Shown here: in pieces, positions 59,657 through 64,000 of the stretch | Layout: every line of letters starts with the position of its first letter | How positions within the stretch are numbered: position 1 is the first letter of the stretch | NCBI GenBank assembly: GCA_965222075.1 | Contig: OZ244937.1 | Location: 2,784,001-2,848,000, forward strand | DNA: 64,000 nucleotides | Source of the DNA: Candidatus Latescibacterota bacterium | GTDB taxonomy: Bacteria > Latescibacterota > UBA2968 > GCA-2709665 | Direction: 5' to 3' | Notes under the pieces: generated by a model | The model's database searches: none | Told to the model about the DNA's origin: nothing | What the model saw: the letters and a program-made list of their open reading frames with translations, nothing else | Program-made: the position numbers and the translations under genes

Positions 59657-60547
59657 ATGTCCCTTACCCTGACACTCCTGGGAACCGGCTCCCCCACACC
59701 ACTCCTGTACCGCGCGGGATCGAGCTATCTCGTCACGCTTGGTGATGAAACCCTCCTCTTCGATTGCGGCCCGGCGTGCGTCCAGCGCCTCCTCAAGAAG
59801 GGCGTACCGCCCAAACGAATCACCAGCCTCTTCCTGACCCATTTCCACTACGACCATTGTGCCGACTACGGCTATCTCGTCATCAACCGCTGGGATCTGG
59901 ACGCCGGTCAGAACCCGGAACTGGATGTCTACGGTCCTCCGCACACCGCCCGTATGACCGAGCTCCTCTTCGGAGAAACCGGAGTCTACGGCCCCGACCT
60001 CGCGGCCAGAACTCAGCGTCCGGGCAGCCAGTTCATCTATGAAGTGCGTGGGGGAACATTGCCCAGAAAGCGTCCCCAACCGGCCGTTACCGAGGTCGCC
60101 CACGGCTCCATTGTGAAAAAAGAGAACTGGCGCGTAAAGGTAGCCGAAGTCGCCCATGCCCAGCCCTACCTGATCTGCCTTGCCTACCGGCTGGACATCC
60201 TGAACCGGTCGATCGTCTTTGGAGGGGATACAGCGCCCACAGAGACCCTCACCGAACTGGCCAGTGGCGCCGACGTCCTGCTGCACATGTGTCACTATGT
60301 CAACGGCGCGGTTGAAGACCCCAGAATAAGAGCCGGCTGTTCTGGCCACTTAGACGCGGCACGCACCGCACGCGACGCCGGCGTCAACACCCTGGTTCTC
60401 GTCCACATCACCGAACAACTGGAACGCCCCGGCATCCGCGAGCGGGTCCTGTACGAGGCCGGCGAAATCTTCGACGGCCACATCATCTTTGGCGAAGACC
60501 TCCTGGAGGTCCCGCTGGGCGACATCGCGCCGGAGAAGATCCAGTAG
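59657..60547 (+). CDS. MBL-fold metallohydrolase (RNase Z/arylsulfatase-like), copy 2
   Basis: LLGTGSP and THFHYDH motifs; tandem paralog of copy 1. Confidence 0.88.
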   Translation: MSLTLTLLGTGSPTPLLYRAGSSYLVTLGDETLLFDCGPACVQRLLKKGVPPKRITSLFLTHFHYDHCADYGYLVINRWDLDAGQNPELDVYGPPHTARMTELLFGETGVYGPDLAARTQRPGSQFIYEVRGGTLPRKRPQPAVTEVAHGSIVKKENWRVKVAEVAHAQPYLICLAYRLDILNRSIVFGGDTAPTETLTELASGADVLLHMCHYVNGAVEDPRIRAGCSGHLDAARTARDAGVNTLVLVHITEQLERPGIRERVLYEAGEIFDGHIIFGEDLLEVPLGDIAPEKIQ

Positions 60548-60574
60548 GGGCAGATTTCTTAAAGGAGGCAGAAC

Positions 60575-61630
60575 ATGGGCCAGACCGCACGCGCGTCCGT
60601 CATGGTCGGAGAACGGTTTGAAATCCGGGAGTACCCCGTGCCCGAACCGGGGCCCGGGACCATTCTCTTAAAGCAGGAACTGGGCGGCATCTGCGGCACG
60701 GACCTCCACAACTGGGAGTATCAACAGCTGGAGGGAGAAATCATCCTGGGCCACGAAAACGTCGGCATCGTCCACAAACTGGGTCAGGGCGCCGAAACCG
60801 ACTACCTGGGGCGACCGCTCAGCGTCGGCGACCGCGTCATCCTGGCTCCCGGCACAAACAAAGGCGCCTACGGATTCATGCAGGCCGAGGAAGAGCCATA
60901 CTTGCGGGGTGGATTCGCCGACTACATCTACCTCTGGAACCCCGACAGCGTGGTCCTCAAAACGGACCTGTCCCCCGAGATCGCGGTCCTCACCGAACCC
61001 TTCACCATCGGCGTGCACGCCGTCATGAGGGCCCGCATCCAGTTTGGAGACACCGTCGTCGTCCAGGGCACCGGGGCCATCGGCCTGGTCACCCTCATCT
61101 GCGCCAGAATCAGCGGCGCTGCCCGGCTCATCATGGTCGGCGGTCCCCCGGGCCGTCTGGAACTGGCGAAAAAGATGGGCGCCGACGTCACCATCGACAT
61201 CGGCGAAATCAAAGACCCCGAAGCGCGCACAAAACGCGTCCTGGAAAACACCCCCCAGGGCAGGGGCGCCGACGTGGTCTTTGAATGCGCGGGCTTCCTC
61301 CCCGCCCTGCCCGAAGGCCTGGGCTACGTACGCCAGAGCGGCACCTACGTGGAAATGGGGCACTTCGTGGATGTCGGTACCATCGACTTCAACCCCAACC
61401 GGCTGCTGATGCGCAAAAACCTCCGCCTCGAAGCCATCTGGGGCAGCCGCCCCGAACACTTCGTGCGCGGCCTGCCCATCCTGGAACGAAACGAATTCCC
61501 CTTCGCCGAAATGGTCAGCCACATCCTCCCTTTAGACCGGGTCGCCGAAGGTTTCAACGCCCTCTCCGGCGGCTACCGCTTAGATGGGAGGGACGCCATT
61601 AAGATTGCGGTCAAAGGTGGAGTGGAATAA
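60575..61630 (+). CDS. Zinc-binding alcohol dehydrogenase (MDR family)
   Basis: GICGTDLH, GHE and GTGAIG motifs. Confidence 0.9.
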   Translation: MGQTARASVMVGERFEIREYPVPEPGPGTILLKQELGGICGTDLHNWEYQQLEGEIILGHENVGIVHKLGQGAETDYLGRPLSVGDRVILAPGTNKGAYGFMQAEEEPYLRGGFADYIYLWNPDSVVLKTDLSPEIAVLTEPFTIGVHAVMRARIQFGDTVVVQGTGAIGLVTLICARISGAARLIMVGGPPGRLELAKKMGADVTIDIGEIKDPEARTKRVLENTPQGRGADVVFECAGFLPALPEGLGYVRQSGTYVEMGHFVDVGTIDFNPNRLLMRKNLRLEAIWGSRPEHFVRGLPILERNEFPFAEMVSHILPLDRVAEGFNALSGGYRLDGRDAIKIAVKGGVE

Positions 61631-61726
61631 GAGGGGTCAAGAGAAAAACCGATTGTGGAATGCGGATTGCGGAATGATGCTTTTCAATCCGAAATCCGAA
61701 ATAACCTTCTGCCTTCTGTTTTTACC

Positions 61727-63655
61727 ATGACGCGACGCGCCTTCCTCCTTGGCCTGGTCATGGCCGTGGTGATCAACCTCTGGCCGACCTACTCCAGCCT
61801 GATCGTCCACTCCTCGCGGGCGGACTATGCCCACCTCTCGGTGGCCTTTCTCATCCCCTTCATCTGCCTGCTGGGGCTCAACCTCCTGCTGGAGCGCAAG
61901 GGACAGGGCCTCTCCGCCTCGGAACTGCTGACCATCTGCTGCATCGGCATGGTTGCCGCTACCATGCAGGGCGAATGGCTCTCCGGCTACTTCTTAGGGG
62001 TCACCACCGCCCCCACCTATTTTGCCACCCCGGAAAATCGGTGGGGGGAACTTCTGCTCCATCACATGCCCCGCTGGAGCATCGTGGCCGACAGGCAGGC
62101 CACCGCCGGGTTCTACGAAAGCCTGATGAAGGGAGACACCTTTCCATGGGGGGCCTGGGGCGCCCCGCTCTTCTGGTGGACAAGCTTCTTCGGAGCGGTT
62201 CTGACGGCCAGCTTCTGTCTGGTGATCATCCTGCGAAAGCAGTGGATGGAACACGAACGGCTCACCTTTCCCATCGCCGCTGCCCTGCTGGAACTGACCG
62301 GGGTCTCCGGCTCGGTGGGAACCCTTCAGAACCTGATCCGTTCCCGGCCTTTTCGAATAGGCTTCGGCATTGTCCTGGGCATCATCTGCTGGAACATCGT
62401 CACCTGGTTTGCGACAACCTTCCCTTCGCTTCCCGTACTGACCCGGCGGGACATCCCCATCGCGAAGGGCTTTCCAAGCCTCCGTGTCATCGTCCACCCG
62501 ATGACCATCGCATTCGGCTACTTCACCAAATCGGAAGTCCTGCTCAGCATCTGGGTCTTCCACCTGCTGGCCATCCTGCAGGTGGGCATCTTCGACCGCA
62601 CGGGCTTCAGCATCGGCGGCTCCGACCCCTGGTGTTCCTTCGATCCGGCCATCGGCTGGCAGAGCTTCGGGGGGATGATCGTCTTTGTGGGCTGGGGCCT
62701 CTGGACGGCCCGTTCCCACCTCTCGGCCGTCTTCCAGACGGCATTCACAGCACGGGGAAACATCCAGGATGCCGGAGAACTCCTCTCCTGCCGAACGGCC
62801 GTCTATCTGCTGCTCGCCTGCAGCCTCTACCTGATCTTATGGCTTCACCACGCCGGCATGGAATGGGGGCCCCTGCTGGCCTTCTGGTTCGGCACCCTGA
62901 TCCTCTACCTCGGATTGGCACGCATCATCGTGGAAAGCGGGCTCGTCTTCCTCCGGGGGCCCATCACCGCTCAGGCCTTCACCTGGCACCTCTTCGGCAT
63001 TGCCGGCATGGGACCGGCCAGCGCGGTCAGCCTGGGGCTTACCTACACCTTCTTCTGCGACGCCAAAACCTTCGGCATCACGGCGCTTGCCCACATCCCC
63101 CGCCTCGGCACTGCCATGGCCTCCACGCATCGCCGGTTTCTGGTCCCGGCCGTACTCCTGGCCGCCCTGGCCGGGGCCAGCGCGGCCGTCGGCTACACCC
63201 TCCACCAGGGCTACTACACCGTTGGGAGCTACAACTTCGGGGCCTCCAGCTTCAACGGCTCGGCAGACGGCGCCGTGGGAATCTGGCGGCTCACCGCCAA
63301 CCGCATCCAGCACGGCACGTTCGGAACCGACTGGAACCGCGTTCAATTCCTCGGCATCGGCGCGGCCTTCACCGGACTCCTGTTCTACCTGCGCTACCGC
63401 TTTCCCACCTTTCCCATCCACCCCATCGGATTTACCATCTCCTCCTCCGCCTTTTTGAGAAACAGCGTTTCATCCATCTTCTTAGTCTGGCTGGCCAAAA
63501 CCCTGCTGCTCAAACTCGGAGGCTTAGAGCGCTACCGGCGCACGGCGCCCCTCTTCCTGGGCATCGCCCTGGGCTACTTGACCGGCATCGGGCTGGGGCT
63601 CCTCATCGACATCATCTGGTTCAACGGAAACGGACACCTCGTCAACAGACCTTAA
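61727..63655 (+). CDS. Polytopic membrane protein, DUF6785/OPT-like putative transporter
   Basis: MT.RAFLLGL, YFATPENRW, LRKQW..ERL.FPI and FPIHPIG motifs. Confidence 0.7.
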   Translation: MTRRAFLLGLVMAVVINLWPTYSSLIVHSSRADYAHLSVAFLIPFICLLGLNLLLERKGQGLSASELLTICCIGMVAATMQGEWLSGYFLGVTTAPTYFATPENRWGELLLHHMPRWSIVADRQATAGFYESLMKGDTFPWGAWGAPLFWWTSFFGAVLTASFCLVIILRKQWMEHERLTFPIAAALLELTGVSGSVGTLQNLIRSRPFRIGFGIVLGIICWNIVTWFATTFPSLPVLTRRDIPIAKGFPSLRVIVHPMTIAFGYFTKSEVLLSIWVFHLLAILQVGIFDRTGFSIGGSDPWCSFDPAIGWQSFGGMIVFVGWGLWTARSHLSAVFQTAFTARGNIQDAGELLSCRTAVYLLLACSLYLILWLHHAGMEWGPLLAFWFGTLILYLGLARIIVESGLVFLRGPITAQAFTWHLFGIAGMGPASAVSLGLTYTFFCDAKTFGITALAHIPRLGTAMASTHRRFLVPAVLLAALAGASAAVGYTLHQGYYTVGSYNFGASSFNGSADGAVGIWRLTANRIQHGTFGTDWNRVQFLGIGAAFTGLLFYLRYRFPTFPIHPIGFTISSSAFLRNSVSSIFLVWLAKTLLLKLGGLERYRRTAPLFLGIALGYLTGIGLGLLIDIIWFNGNGHLVNRP

Positions 63656-63669
63656 ATGGAGGACTTTTC

Positions 63670-64000
63670 ATGCGGTTCGACACCCTCATCCGCAACAGCA
63701 CCGTCGTCGACGGCGCCGGCATTCGAGACCCCTTTCCCTCCGACCTGGGCATCACAGGCGACCGCATCGCCGCCCTGGGTGATCTCAAGGACGCGCAGGC
63801 GGACCGGGTGATCAACGCGGCAGACCGGATCGTCAGCCCCGGCTTCATCGACGTCCACGTCCACTCCGAAATCGCCCTCCTCACCGGCAGGGACCAATTC
63901 GCCGGTATCCAGCAGGGCGTCACTACCCAGCTCACCGCGCCCGATGGCTTCGGCTGGACCGGCCTCTCTCCCGAGCAGACCCAACAGATGTGGGAGTACA
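63670..64000 (+). CDS. N-acyl-D-amino-acid deacylase / amidohydrolase, 3'-truncated by the window edge
   Basis: MRFDTLIRNSTVVDG..GDRIAA.G..VSPGFIDVHVHSE..QGVTT; RBS GGAGG. Confidence 0.85.
   Translation, partial: MRFDTLIRNSTVVDGAGIRDPFPSDLGITGDRIAALGDLKDAQADRVINAADRIVSPGFIDVHVHSEIALLTGRDQFAGIQQGVTTQLTAPDGFGWTGLSPEQTQQMWEY

Noticed and set aside
1-64000. tRNA, rRNA or tmRNA genes
   Set aside because: None recognised by eye, including next to smpB; a covariance-model scan would be needed to exclude small RNAs.

Overview
GC-rich bacterial chromosome window. Dockerin-like EF-hand repeats, a FlgD-Ig sorting tail and a DUF6785-like protein suggest an FCB-group lineage such as Latescibacterota (inference only). 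Positions 1-36.3 kb and 52.8-64 kb are mostly core and metabolic genes: a Btu/Fec-type ABC transporter, rel, mutS, mtaB, rpsA, cmk, scpAB, gcvH, accBC, efp, a probable oxalate/oxalyl-CoA operon, bioB, mnmG, smpB, an amidase, rph and rdgB. A ~16.5 kb accessory island (36289-52815) is bounded by an exact 24-bp direct repeat that duplicates the 3' end of rdgB, with a ~70-bp repeat in inverted orientation just inside each end. It carries no recognisable integrase. Its cargo includes a complete IS256-superfamily (ISKra4/ISLre2-like) IS with a 9-bp TSD, IS3 and MOBQ relaxase remnants, a patatin, a SLATT-like protein, an NtrC regulator and a surface protein whose FGE/C-type-lectin tail looks like a DGR variable region. 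The most striking signal is a family of tiny hairpin elements, CCTGYCT-GC..GC-RC-AGGCAGG. All ten full copies are 27, 30, 33 or 36 bp (multiples of 3), and seven sit in frame inside coding sequences. Deleting them exactly restores conserved protein motifs (IEGWYN, GLPIGSG) and a REP hairpin, with no consistent target duplication.
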